Assembly (NCBI GenBank): GCA_002633005.1
Contig: NMRA01000034.1
Span: 1,100,783 to 1,164,782, forward strand
Source of the DNA: Phoronis australis
Lineage: Eukaryota; Animalia; Phoronida
Reading direction: 5' to 3'
DNA length: 64,000 nucleotides
Made by a program: the position numbers and the translations under genes. Under the pieces are notes generated by a model. It saw only the letters and a program-made list of their open reading frames with translations, did not search any database and was not told the DNA's origin. Of the stretch, positions 49,353-61,370 are shown piece after piece; within the stretch, counting starts at the first letter, position 1, and every line of letters begins with the position of its first letter.

Positions 49353-51782
49353 TGGTATAAACGCTGTAGTAAGAGTGAATCAAAATTGGCGCGACCAATG
49401 AGCTATATACACAAAGAGACGACAAGACTACACTCGCAAGCCAGACAGCGCGTGACACGCGCTCCGCCATATTGATGATGAACGCTATGTAAACAATAAG
49501 CACGGTGACCTTATGGAAGCCGGGAAATTTTCAGAATACAATTTCAAATTTCAAATACTAACGAGGTTTTAAAATATTGATAACATAAAGCAATGTAAAC
49601 ATGTGACCCAAGCGTTGCTTAAACGGTCATATAAGCCATTGCAAAGACAAAATTCCTAATGCTTTGGCTGAAATTCTCACGGAGTGTTGCTAGGACCTGG
49701 GACTGAAATGTATAAAGTTTGGAAAATGGAATTATACAGCAACGTGGTTAACCTTTTTTCGTCGTTATAATTGTATAGCACCTATTTTTCAGTTGTTTAT
49801 AAATCGACCAAACACTTGAACTTTAAGTAGAAAAAATAATAGAAAACCATGGAAATTGATCAGCATACATGTACAAACAGCAGTATGCGTGCATGTAAAG
49901 TCGTGTCATTGTATGCAACAATTGATCAATGGATCTGTACATGTTTAATCACATGTTCATATTCAAAATTGAGGGCATAGGCCAGTTTGAAAAATTTTAC
50001 AAAGCGATAGAGTTACAGAAATTGATATGTTAATATTAAGTATTTCAATAAAAAAGAAGAATGCACAAATGACACCAAAAACACCCTGTACTTGTTGGTA
50101 GGATACACACAATCGGATAGCTGCGTGTGCCTATGAACACCATAGCTTGGTCAGCCGAAGCCGGGAGGTCGAAGTATGCATTTGCACAGAACCAATTTCC
50201 CGAAAGGTGATTAGAATTGTCTACTTCAGGTTATACCAAGGAATAATAAGTACATCGGTATGCTGACATTTTTTCAAAAAATAAAACGCTTGTAAGGTGG
50301 GCTGAGTTGTCTTTAGGAAAATTACTTCAGTGATACGCACGTAACTTTTCTTTAACTATCAAGTATCACTTGTCCTAGTACTGACCTAAATCATCATAGC
50401 GTGGTGAACTGGTAATGTGTACAGTTTGAAACGACATGGTCTCAGTTCAAACATTTGTGTCATATACTCTGTTGTAAAACAACACGACGACTGCAATACA
50501 TGCATATAAGCGGAACTCGAGTTTTAAATGGCGTTGACATTATTAATTTTTCCGATATTATTTTTACACCAATCAATATCCTCTGTTATCCGACCATGAT
50601 GTGCGGAATCGCAGATTTTTTGTCAATAACAACCACACTGAGTCCATCTGATAGGCCATCCAGAACGAGAAGGACAACAAAAAATGTTCACACAGAAATA
50701 ACAAATGAGATACTGTAACCTTTTCAAGCAATAAAGTTTTGATTTATTTCAAAATATCACCGTCACGCTGAAAAGCCACACCGTTATAGCGTTAAGGGAA
50801 ATGTCTAGCTAGTACAAAGTTATTGTACCGTACTGGTAAATGCACTCCAATTTAGCAAAATTCAGATTTCAACCAACTCTAATTTAATCCCTCAATTCAG
50901 TTGGATCAGACATTTAGTGCCACACGATTATGTTACTAGTAAATTTATATTGACATCCCCCCTCCCGCCACAACATAAATATGACAAAACTCAATGGTCG
51001 TAAACTCTATCTGCCCTATCCTACATACCCAGACATTAGTACACTGTAAGTATCAGAAGACCATAAACAAAATAGAATACAAAATGATGGTGTTCCTCAG
51101 GTAAGACATTTACAGATTTTAATAGCTTGCCAGGCTACATTACATTTGTCCTATTTCTTGAAATCTATCGAAACAACCCATCTACTGTCCCAACATAACA
51201 TTCTGGTGTGTAGCATTCTTGGGTATCCAGTCCTTCGGTTCTGCCCTATTCCTAATAACCTGATTTTATTAATAAATCTTCGAATTGGTGTCCACTCTGT
51301 AAAAATGTACAACTATTAATCTTGTAGTCCTTGTGTTTTTTTTGTAGCTAGAAAACAACAGATATCTTGGAGAGAATAAGGTCGCTAAATCCTTAAAGAC
51401 ATATCGGACTAAGAAGGAAAGTCAAGCAAAGACTATGAAACATCGACTTGTGTGGGTGTTCTAGGGATCAAATGAAGCTGAACAACATTGATTCTGCTAT
51501 TGGATTCTCACCCACAAAATCATGTTATTTCAGTTTGAATTTTTAAACCTTGTAAGACCAAAAACTATATCATTGATTCCGGGTTACACTGGAAATAAAA
51601 CTTTATTTTTGATGTTTTCTGCTATAACTACAGATAAATGTGAAGACCCATTAATTCTGTGCTCAAGCATGCAATGATTTTCTTGGATGTTTTTCTAAAA
51701 ATCTCAGTTTGTACTTGAAGATCCTAACATTAAAGCTATGAGTTTTTACTTGAAACCCTGTGTTGTTACCAATGTTGGTTCC

Positions 51783-52214
51783 TAGATTATTACATGGTAA
51801 AGTCGTTGTCCCCAGTTATCTAGAGCCCCAATGGATTTTGGAGGATTATCTACCTTTCTCGACTCGCCTCGGCTTTGTAACTACTTTCTATGACAGAGGC
51901 CCGGGATCGGAGGTCCTGACCTTTTAAGAAAAGCCGAGCTATTTTTTTCAAATAATGCTTATACTCAAAACCAATTGAAAATTTAAACAAAATAGAAATG
52001 AAGTGAATCTGTAAATTAAGATTTAGCAACTATTATAGCTTACTACGTCACGCTTCGACCGGGAAAATATCGTCTGCTAAAGTAGGTTACCACTAGTAAC
52101 TGACTATAATGCTCAAGTCAAAGGATTCCGACAACACGATACCAGCATTCAAATTGGAAATCGGTGATTTGCTAGCGCGAGAACACGAGATAAATATTTC
52201 ACTGAATTAAGGTA
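51783..52214 (+). mobile_element. Diverged, internally deleted copy of the Crypton-like element in the adjacent palindrome
   Basis: Aligns by eye to ~52780-53285 (tagattattacatgg ... cactgaattaaggta). Confidence 0.8.
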
Positions 52215-52567
52215 CGTCGGCAAGCGTGGGGGCGAACCGGCCACAGGGAGGTTATACGTGTTGTTTGCCTGGCATGCTATAATACCAGTTAGCGAAATAA
52301 AAAATTTAGTTACTACCTGTTTCCCAAGGATCAAGAACTGCGTTAAACATGGGTCAGAGACATCGGTAGAGCTGGTAGCAAAGGCCGACTTCGTGAATTC
52401 TTTCCGACTTCGTAGCATAAAGTGTGCAGCGCTCATTTTGAGGGCGGCAAGAAAACGTATCTTANNNNNNNNNNNNNNNNNNNNNNNNNNNNNNNNNNNN
52501 NNNNNNNNNNNNNNNNNNNNNNNNNNNNNNNNNNNNNNNNNNNNNNNNNNNNNNNNNNNNNNNNNNN

Positions 52568-54260
52568 CAGGTTAAGTAAAAAACAGCATTTGGCTCCCGG
52601 ACTATGATATTCATTTAGTACTTTGTGTGTGTGTGATTATTTGTGACTGACCACGTGTGTAGGTTTGACGCGCCCAATGAGATAAATATAGCTAGAGTTG
52701 ACATCACATGGTTTTCGTTGAGCGGAGTGGTCCGCCATCTTGCTGTTGAACCATGTTATTCGAGATGCGTGTGTACATATAGATTATTACATGGCGAAGT
52801 CGTTATCCCCCGTTATCTAGAGCCCGAGTGGATTTTGGAGAATTATAACGACTGAGAACATGTAATAATCTATTTATACCACATACTGAACGAGAAACAT
52901 TGCAATGAATCGATCTACCTTTCTCGACTCGCCTCGACTTTGTACCCGGTAACTACTTTCTATGTCACAGGCCCGGGGTCGGAGGTCGTGAAAAGCCGAG
53001 CTATTTTTGTCAAATAATGCTTTTACTCAAAACCAATTGAAACTTTAAACAAAAAGATAAAGTGAATCTATAAACTAAGGTTTAGCAACTATTATAGCTT
53101 ATAACACATTTTATCAAGCTAAGCTTCGACCGGGAAAATATCGTTTGCTAAAGTAGGTTACCAATAGTAACTGAGTATAATGCTCAAGTCAAAGTATCCC
53201 GACCACACGATACCAGCATTCAAATTGGAAATCGGTGATTTGCTAGTGCGAGAACACGAGATAAATATTTCACTGAATTAAGGTATCGTTTTTATGGAAA
53301 TTATGTGTCTTAGTTTTCATAGCGGTTGTATCTGCCATTCGACGCTAAAATTGTGGTATAATGTGTATTATACCACAATACTAGCCTCGAATGGCAGATA
53401 CAACCGGAGATCGGTGATTTACGGTTGTATCTGCCATTCGAAGCTAGTATTGTGGTATTTTACACATTATACCACAATTTTAGCGTCGAATGGCAGATAC
53501 AACCGCTATGAAAACTAAGACACATAATTTCCATAAAAACGATACCTTAATTCAGTGAAATATTTATCTCGTGTTCTCGCACTAGCAAATCACCGATTTC
53601 CAATTTGAATGCTGGTATCGTGTGGTCGGGATACTTTGACTTGAGCATTATACTCAGTTACTATTGGTAACCTACTTTAGCAAACGATATTTTCCCGGTC
53701 GAAGCTTAGCTTGATAAAATGTGTTATAAGCTATAATAGTTGCTAAACCTTAGTTTATAGATTCACTTTATCTTTTTGTTTGAAGTTTCAATTGGTTTTG
53801 AGTAAAAGCATTATTTGACAAAAATAGCTCGGCTTTTCACGACCTCCGACCCCGGGCCTGTGACATAGAAAGTAGTTACCGGGTACAAAGTCGAGGCGAG
53901 TCGAGAAAGGTAGATCGATTCATTGCAATGTTTCTCGTTCAGTATGTGGTATAAATAGATTATTACATGTTCTCAGTCGTTATAATTCTCCAAAATCCAC
54001 TCGGGCTCTAGATAACGGGGGATAACGACTTCGCCATGTAATAATCTATATGTACACACGCATCTCGAATAACATGGTTCAACAGCAAGATGGCGGACCA
54101 CTCCGCTCAACGAAAACCATGTGATGTCAACTCTAGCTATATTTATCTCATTGGGCGCGTCAAACCTACACACGTGGTCAGTCACAAATAATCACACACA
54201 CACAAAGTACTAAATGAATATCATAGTCCGGGAGCCAAATGCTGTTTTTTACTTAACCTG
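52568..54260. repeat. Near-perfect palindrome: 839-bp arms, 15-bp spacer, nested hairpins
   Basis: 52568-53406 is the reverse complement of 53422-54260 with no net indel; identical 70-aa ORFs on opposite strands (52643+ and 54185-); the left arm abuts the gap at 52465-52567. Confidence 0.95.
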
Positions 54261-54290
54261 GATTTGCTGGATAAAGTTTTTTCTTTGTTG

Positions 54291-55400
54291 TTTTATGTAG
54301 CCTAGGCATAGGAAATCATGATTTAGGGTGGTGACCGTTTGCAACCCTTGAGCATTTTTAAATATGCAAATTAGGACCGCCATTATGCAAACTTCTATTT
54401 TTGCTTATAATTTCCTTACTAAGCGCTGCAAACAGATTATTTTGACGTTTTCAACCATGTTTCCATGGTCGTTTAATTTAATAGTAGTGTTTTGGTGGAT
54501 ACGTAGTGATTTTGCATAATTTGTGCAAATTAAGACCACCATTATTAAAAAAATTACTTGTTCTGATAGCTATGGTACCAATCATCCCAGGCGAATTATC
54601 ATGATATTTGCACCTATGTTCCTAAGATCAATTAGTTTAATGTAATTAGTTTGCATGTTGTTACATGATAAATTTGCATTAAAAATGCAAATTAAGTCCG
54701 TCATTATTCAAAAATATATTTTTGCTTTTAACGCCCTTTCCAAGCACTGTAGACAGGTTCTTTAATGTTTTCACCTATGATTCCATGGCCAGTGAATTTA
54801 ATGGAGCTCCTTTTCCGGTAGATACGTCGTGAATTTGCTTAATACATGCAAATTAAGGCCGCCATTATTCAAAATTCTACTTTTACTTATAGCTGAAGTA
54901 CCAGGCACCCCAGGTAAACTATTGTAACGTCTGCACCCATGTTTCAGTGGTCGATTAATTTAATAAAGTCAGTTTGCAAATTGTTACATGATGATTTTGC
55001 ATAATTTATACAAATAAATGACACCAGTATTCCAAATACTGCTTCTGCTCATAATATCTCACGTTTTCATGGTCATCATGAATTTGCCTAATTTATAATT
55101 TACACAAATTACGGCTGCCATATGTAAAATTCTACTTGTGCTTATAACTGCTGCTTCAGACACCAGCTATTTGCACCCATGTTTCTGTGGTCAATGAATT
55201 TAATGAAATCTCTTTGCAGGTTGTAGCATGATAAATTTGCAGAATCTCTTCCACAGATCATAGAACTAAAAACGCACATTGGTTTAATGACCTGGGTGAA
55301 TGCTGGAATGGGTCTCAGAGCGATCAGTTTATAGGGACCACATTCATGAGGTACGGACACAGAAGTAGGGCATAGTAGGGCATAGCCCTCAAAGAAGAAA
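54291..55400 (+). mobile_element. Helentron/HINE-like element with an internal ~161-bp tandem array
   Basis: tgcaaatta.g.cc.ccattat-like anchors at ~54365, 54524, 54686, 54847, 55009 and 55103; 5' ttttatg..ggcata and 3' agggcata..gccct features. Confidence 0.6.
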
Positions 55401-56430
55401 CTCCTAAACTCGGGGTATAAGTTGCTATTTGTCCTACAAGATCGAAACAGGTGTTGGAGAGACGGAGAGTTGTAACATTAGATCTTGTTTCGAAACCTTA
55501 CACACATAAGGAAGTAAGGCACGTCTTGATGCACATGCTCGGGATATTGCACAATTCTGTCAAAAGTAGATAACAGCATCGATCTATTTGCATGAAAAGT
55601 AAATAGGTTGTGATGTTTCAAAGTTTGTTTTTGGAAACAGACTTGATTTTTGTTATGCTCAAGGGGGGTTTACTCTGAACAATCAATTTTCTTGAAAACT
55701 GTAGCCCCCTCAATTAAATTTGGCCCGAGGCACTCTTGGTAAGTTTTCCAATTCGAAATTATGAATGGACTTCAAATAAGTTTTAAGGTAGTTTTCCTGT
55801 TTCTGGGGTTTTCATTGGTGTAGCAAATAACACCCTTATTAATGCTCTTAGTCAAAAGCATATAATCATTATTATTAAATTTTGTAAAGTCGATGGCTAT
55901 GGATTAAGTAAGAGAGCGACAATCTCGATACAAAAATCAAATTGACTTACTTTATTTCATACCCTCTAACTGGATACTTCTCAACTTGTTTTAGTACAGA
56001 AGAAGACTTTGAAAACATGCACGATGAAGTGAAAAGACTATAATTCTTAGGAGCTAATGCCCACTCCCACCAACATTATGCCAGTCATCAATTCCTGTTG
56101 TGGACAAATACCCCAAATCGATTTATTATAACAAGTCTCACTACCCTAAAACGTGCGAACCTCCTACATATACAGAGACCCTGAAAGGCTGTACAATGCC
56201 GACATTTAAAGATTTGGTGTCACATGCGGATTGTGCTTTTCAGACAGCCGATATTTTGCTGCTATAGCTCTGTATGCCTGAATTTTTTTTCATTTTATCG
56301 CCAACATTTATTAGGCTGGATATAAAATGCTCATTTATCCATCAACATATGGGATCTTCTGTAATATGAGTTGAGAGAAGTTCATAGTGACATGATTTAT
56401 TTCATGTACGATGCTCAGCATACAAATGTT

Positions 56431-56480
56431 GAAAAAACAAAACAAAACGAAACAAAACAAAACAAAACAAAACAAAACAA
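56431..56480. repeat. (AAAAC)n microsatellite
   Basis: aaaacaaaacaaaacgaaacaaaac... Confidence 0.9.
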
Positions 56481-56819
56481 TCTTACAGTTAGTCAGCATT
56501 TAAGAGATTCTTCAAAATGTGTACAAAGGCTGCTACATTTCAATGATGCCACAATGTTCCAACAAACATCTAAAGCACTATTTTTGTTTTTCTTTGTTTA
56601 ATGCTGTATAATAATAATACTTGTGCAAGTTTTGATTTAAGGTTTCGCAATGCTCAGTTGTCTATGATTTGATTTTACTCTTGCACGTCAGGTCGTTGAA
56701 TGAAGATTGTGAGCTACTCTTATCTCTTGAAAAGGTTTAAAACAATATATCTGATTTTTGGAAAGATTTAATTTTTATAGAAAATACTTGAAATTCAAGT
56801 TATTCTATATAGTTAGAAA

Positions 56820-57035
56820 AATTGAATGGACATTGAACGACTATTGAATGACCATTGAACGGATATTGAATTGAAATTCAACTGATTCTGTACTGCTTGG
56901 AAAATTGAATGGCTATTGAATTCTTGATGAATGACTATTGTAGATGCTGATGAATTGAATCAATTCAACTACATGAGAAAACTTCAATTGAATTTCAATT
57001 GAATCTCAACTGAACTTCAATTGAGTTTCAATTCC
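56820..57035. repeat. ATTGAA/TTCAAT-rich degenerate repeat with fold-back character
   Basis: ~11-bp attgaa-anchored units switching to ttcaat units. Confidence 0.6.
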
Positions 57036-57899
57036 TGTTCCATCTAAAGTCCACTGTACTTTTTCATATGGGTGGTTGTTACATAAAAATAAGTTTTGAA
57101 TCTGGGCCATTGCCTGAGGTCGAGACTGAATCTCCTGCCCTTTTCTTATACAGTAGAACTCTCTAAATTGGCATCGTTTCAGCGGGAACTTTAAAAAGGT
57201 TAGCATTAATTGATGAAATATCTCAGTCTCACTGGATCCAACTTAGCGACTTCTATTGTAATTCAATGAGATATCAACTATTATTAACACGACACAGCAA
57301 CCTACTGAATCTCAACACAAAAGATCCAGCATGCAATAGATTTAGATTTTTATGACATGATATAGAAACACAAAAACGTATGCACATGTGTAGTAAGTGG
57401 GAAATCTGAAAGAGTGCTTGCACCAGTCACACAAAAACTCCCCAGGAAAATGTTCAAATTCTGTGCATGCCAAGTGATTATTCTGTCGTACAATTTGGAT
57501 GATATTGTCGCACGAAAAGACTGACGACCCTAACAGGTAACTTTTAACCCCCACTTAAGAAAGTCTTACTATACCGATCCACTGTATGGGAAATTGACAG
57601 TTTACTGCAAATCAAATATACCTAAAAAGATATGACACAATGTTTATAGTCATTGTATTGAAGAAACATTGGAGTGCATCGGTATAAGAACTTAGTATGT
57701 CACCGGGTTTATCTAAACAAATCGGACAGCCAAATGCCACACAAAAAAGCTTTTCCCAATTTTCACCACCAGTACTATAAACGCTCTGGCATAGCTATCT
57801 GTACCACTATCAAACATTTAATCTAAAACATTGGTAGTGACTATCATTTATGCGACGGAAATAAATTCCAGTTCTGTCCATTGACAAAGCAGCCTGAAT

Positions 57900-58070
57900 T
57901 TATCTGGATAAAGGATCCTCATGTGTGCCACGGCATCCTCCTTGAACACATCTGGAGCACCAGCAGTTGGCATTGGAGGGACATTAATTTCTATGAGAAT
58001 TTCAAGATTTCCAGCTTCTCTTTTGTTTCGCACTAAGTGCAAGGTGTTCTCCCTTACTTCATTTACATAC
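57900..58070 (-). pseudogene. Possible transposase C-terminal fragment
   Basis: EYVNEVREN...VPPMPTAGAPDVFKEDAVAHMR resembles, from recall, the YV..PP..KEEAV..SRF tail of THAP-bearing Kolobok-type transposases; unverified. Confidence 0.35.
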
Positions 58071-59929
58071 TCTCAAAAGCACAACAGCAGCAATTCAAAA
58101 GTAAAAAAAAATGAATCCAGAGTAGTCCATGATTAAAGTTAAACACGACGATACCTAATTGCAAATTTCGCCTACTTTTAAAATCTTCAAGCAAAAGCCC
58201 AAAATAGATTTTAATTCTGTTTTTAAGGTTATATGCAACCTTGTTTAGTGGCCTTCATTCTAACACTTATATAAAAAACTAAGCTTTGTCAACTAGTAAA
58301 AGTAAATATTATCTGAAAGAACAAAGACCAGGAAATATAAATATACTTTTTGTATTTATTTGTCATTATCATTTTTACGTAAACAGCTTTTTTAAGTAAA
58401 AATTTCATTTTTAAGAAAGGTACATTCATAGCAAAATAACCCCTGGGTCGATTTTAACGAAACCTTTTTAAATGAAAACTTCATCAATTGCCTGAAAAAC
58501 GCTGTTAGGAGTTTTCGATTAGTTTGTTCGTTTGGTTTCTCTGACAAATCAACTCGCAAAACGTAAGGTATTTTTGTAAAAAATTGAAGTCGTATTCGTC
58601 TTTGTCCCATTACAGAAAAACTAAGCTTTTATATCAAAAATCCTAAGAGAGTTTTTGAGATTGGTGACTAAATATTAAGTTTGGAAAGTTTCAGCGAAAT
58701 CCATCAAGCCATTTTTGAGAACTCGTGTTCCTAATTTCAAATAAAGTCGATTTGCAGAAGCCGAGAAAAAGCCGATTAAACTGGGACACGTGAAAATCTC
58801 TAAGTCTTTAGTTAATTATTCTGTGAAAACGTGTTTTCGGTATACATAACCTATAGAATCCTTAACTATGTCGCCTATTTCAATGTTTTCTTCCAATGTC
58901 AACTAATTTTGCAGTGTGTAACTAACTTAAACATCATTAAAACCTCAAATAGACCTATCTTTCGCAGCCAACTTTTGCCGTTTTGTACGACCTACTTAGA
59001 AAAGTAGGTCACAGTTCATAGCCTGTACACGTCACGTGCTGGGAGACTGATACCAAACCAAGTAAGAAATGGATAACAAAAATTGAATTGGTGGTTAAAG
59101 TAAGTCGTTAACATGAAATCGAAACATCGAAATGTTATGTTAATAATTGAATTAAGGAATAAGGGGGAGGATTTATCTCTTTTCACAACTTTCTAGGTTC
59201 ATGACCAGACTGAGGCCTGAGGCAATTCGTAGCATTTGTTTTCAACGTCAACGGTCGTATGCATGTAGACCCACAACTGCCTTAGGATAAAAACTACGTT
59301 TTGTATTCCTTTTCCCGGGACCATTCTATCATAACCACACCTCGTTGGTTCAATGTTATGGTGAATTTGTGAATGAAAGGACTGAGGGTATACCGAAGCT
59401 GTTCTCTACCTGGCGGGAGACTCGATTTACTTGGAAGCCCTTTAACCTTTGACCTTGGATAAGTGCTAAACAAATATCCACGCGGTTGTGCGGTTCCAAG
59501 GTGGTTCTGCTAAATCTTTTTTTTTCTGGCTACGCAGTATATATTTCGTATTTGAAGTTCCCCGAGAATGAAGATAAGGTATTTTGCTAGACACAAGTGA
59601 AATTTTGTAAAAATGGCCAATTTTTGTGAATAAGGTTGGAAATATCCTAAAGCAGATTACTTTAATAATAAAAACCGTAGAATTGAGTTACCAACGTGTT
59701 TTACTTTATTGATAGTTTGCATTCTTTTCAAGACTCATGAATACTTTGAGATCAGCTTTCTTTGCTTTGGTTTTTTTGTTTTGTCCATTTATTACTAAAT
59801 AATTCACAGAAAAACAACAAATTTTTAAACACTTGAGAACTATGGTGATTATGAAAAAAGATCGTTATTGTTCAGGCACTGCGAAAGCGTCATGAATTCT
59901 TAGATATCAAAATTATCAAGGTAACTTAC

Positions 59930-60183
59930 CTATTTACAAGACCAGCTTTAGCCTTCCTGACGTGTCTGTCGTCGAAGGAGCTGTCCTCAAAATGGTCGGA
60001 GCATATTTTGGCTCCGATAGATATGGATATGGCTGACTCGACAGTCATTTCCCAAAGGCGAGCAGTGCGCACGAAAACGTGCCATTTCGCGGACACATGC
60101 TCGTCTCTTGGGAATTTAAATGGGCTCACGCCTTCCACCTGGGTGGTGTTAGAACAGTTAGTGTACACGCGCCGATGCACCAT
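59930..60183 (-). pseudogene. THAP-domain exon with first zinc-ligand Cys lost; probable DNA-transposon relic
   Basis: MVHRRVYTNCSN...FKFPRD...W..FV...ICSDHFEDSSF; CGC where TGC is expected; donor AG|gtaagt at 59929. Confidence 0.7.
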
Positions 60184-60306
60184 TCCTAAAACACGACAAG
60201 ATTGAACGGTCTTTGTTCGTCGTGTACTGCGATATAATGGTAGTGAACTGCATTTTGGGATATGATCTAGTTCATGTCACGGAGTCAAAGGTCAACTTTT
60301 CGCGGA

Positions 60307-61370
60307 TTTTTACTTGGCGAAATAAATTTCGCCAAGTATGTTGCTCTGACACTAAGTTATTTTTTTTTGATTGTTCGCACGATACAGGTCGCAATTTTCG
60401 TTCGATCATAACAAAATTTACATATAACACGTACTTCCGGAAGTACTGGAAGCCTATTGTTTTTCGTCAAAATCGGATCCAAGATGGCGGCTGTGGCGGC
60501 CATTTTGTTTCCATTTAAAGGTTCAAATGCTTCTGGAGGCTACAATTTTTTACGTAAAAGGCTAAGAATCGGTACAGTAAATGGACCGGAAGTTTGCTAC
60601 AAGTACACTGGAAATTGTTTACTTCCGGTTAAAGATGGCGGAAATATCGGCGATCGCGCATGCGCACCTCGATTTTGGCCTAAAAACGTTTTCTCCTCTA
60701 GAGGGCGTATTATAAGACCAATTCCTTCGAATTTTTACAGGTATTAGTTTCTTGTAACCTGCTATTATACAAAGCCGGAAAACCGGAAGTTGCTTTGAAG
60801 ATGGCGGATATGGCGCATGTTGACCCATTTTCAGTCGTCTGGAGTGCGATTTTAAACGGGAAGAGAAAAAGACGTGATTTTTTTGCATGTAGATTCTTTG
60901 AAGTATATTCTTTCAAATGGCCTGTAACAATTTTTTTCTCAGACTTACCGTTTTCGAGTTATTTGACTTTGAATTTCTTAAAAAAAAACGCAAAATTTCA
61001 TTTTTTTCGAAAAATTTACGGAATTAGGCGATACCATCAGTTTAGATAGAATTTTGAACGGGCTTTCAGATGATGCTTTCCATTTTTCTCTACAACGTCT
61101 ACTTTTCGAGTTATTTGAGATTTTGTGATAACGCTGCTCCTTTGTTGAGCGCTCTTGCTGCCTTCAGGTTGGTTTAGCTTCTATTGAACTAGACTGCAGC
61201 CTATTTCTTAACGATTTATGGCATCTAAATTCGTCATATGAATGTTATGATGTTCTTCATCATGGCCACCACCAACATCATATTCGTCATCTTCGTCATC
61301 ATCTCCGACGTCGTCTTTTCTTCAGTTAATTTCGCCAAGTGTCGCTCAAGACTGTAGCCTATTTCTTAGT
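60307..61370 (+). mobile_element. Helentron/HINE-like element
   Basis: T-run then hairpin ACTTGGCGAAAT-aa-ATTTCGCCAAGT (60312-60337); matching subterminal ATTTCGCCAAGT at 61329-61340; internal repeated AAGATGGCGG and ACTTCCGG motifs. Confidence 0.7.

Noticed and set aside
52643-54185. Two identical 70-aa ORFs on opposite strands
   Set aside because: A consequence of the palindrome; GTG start, no recognisable domain.
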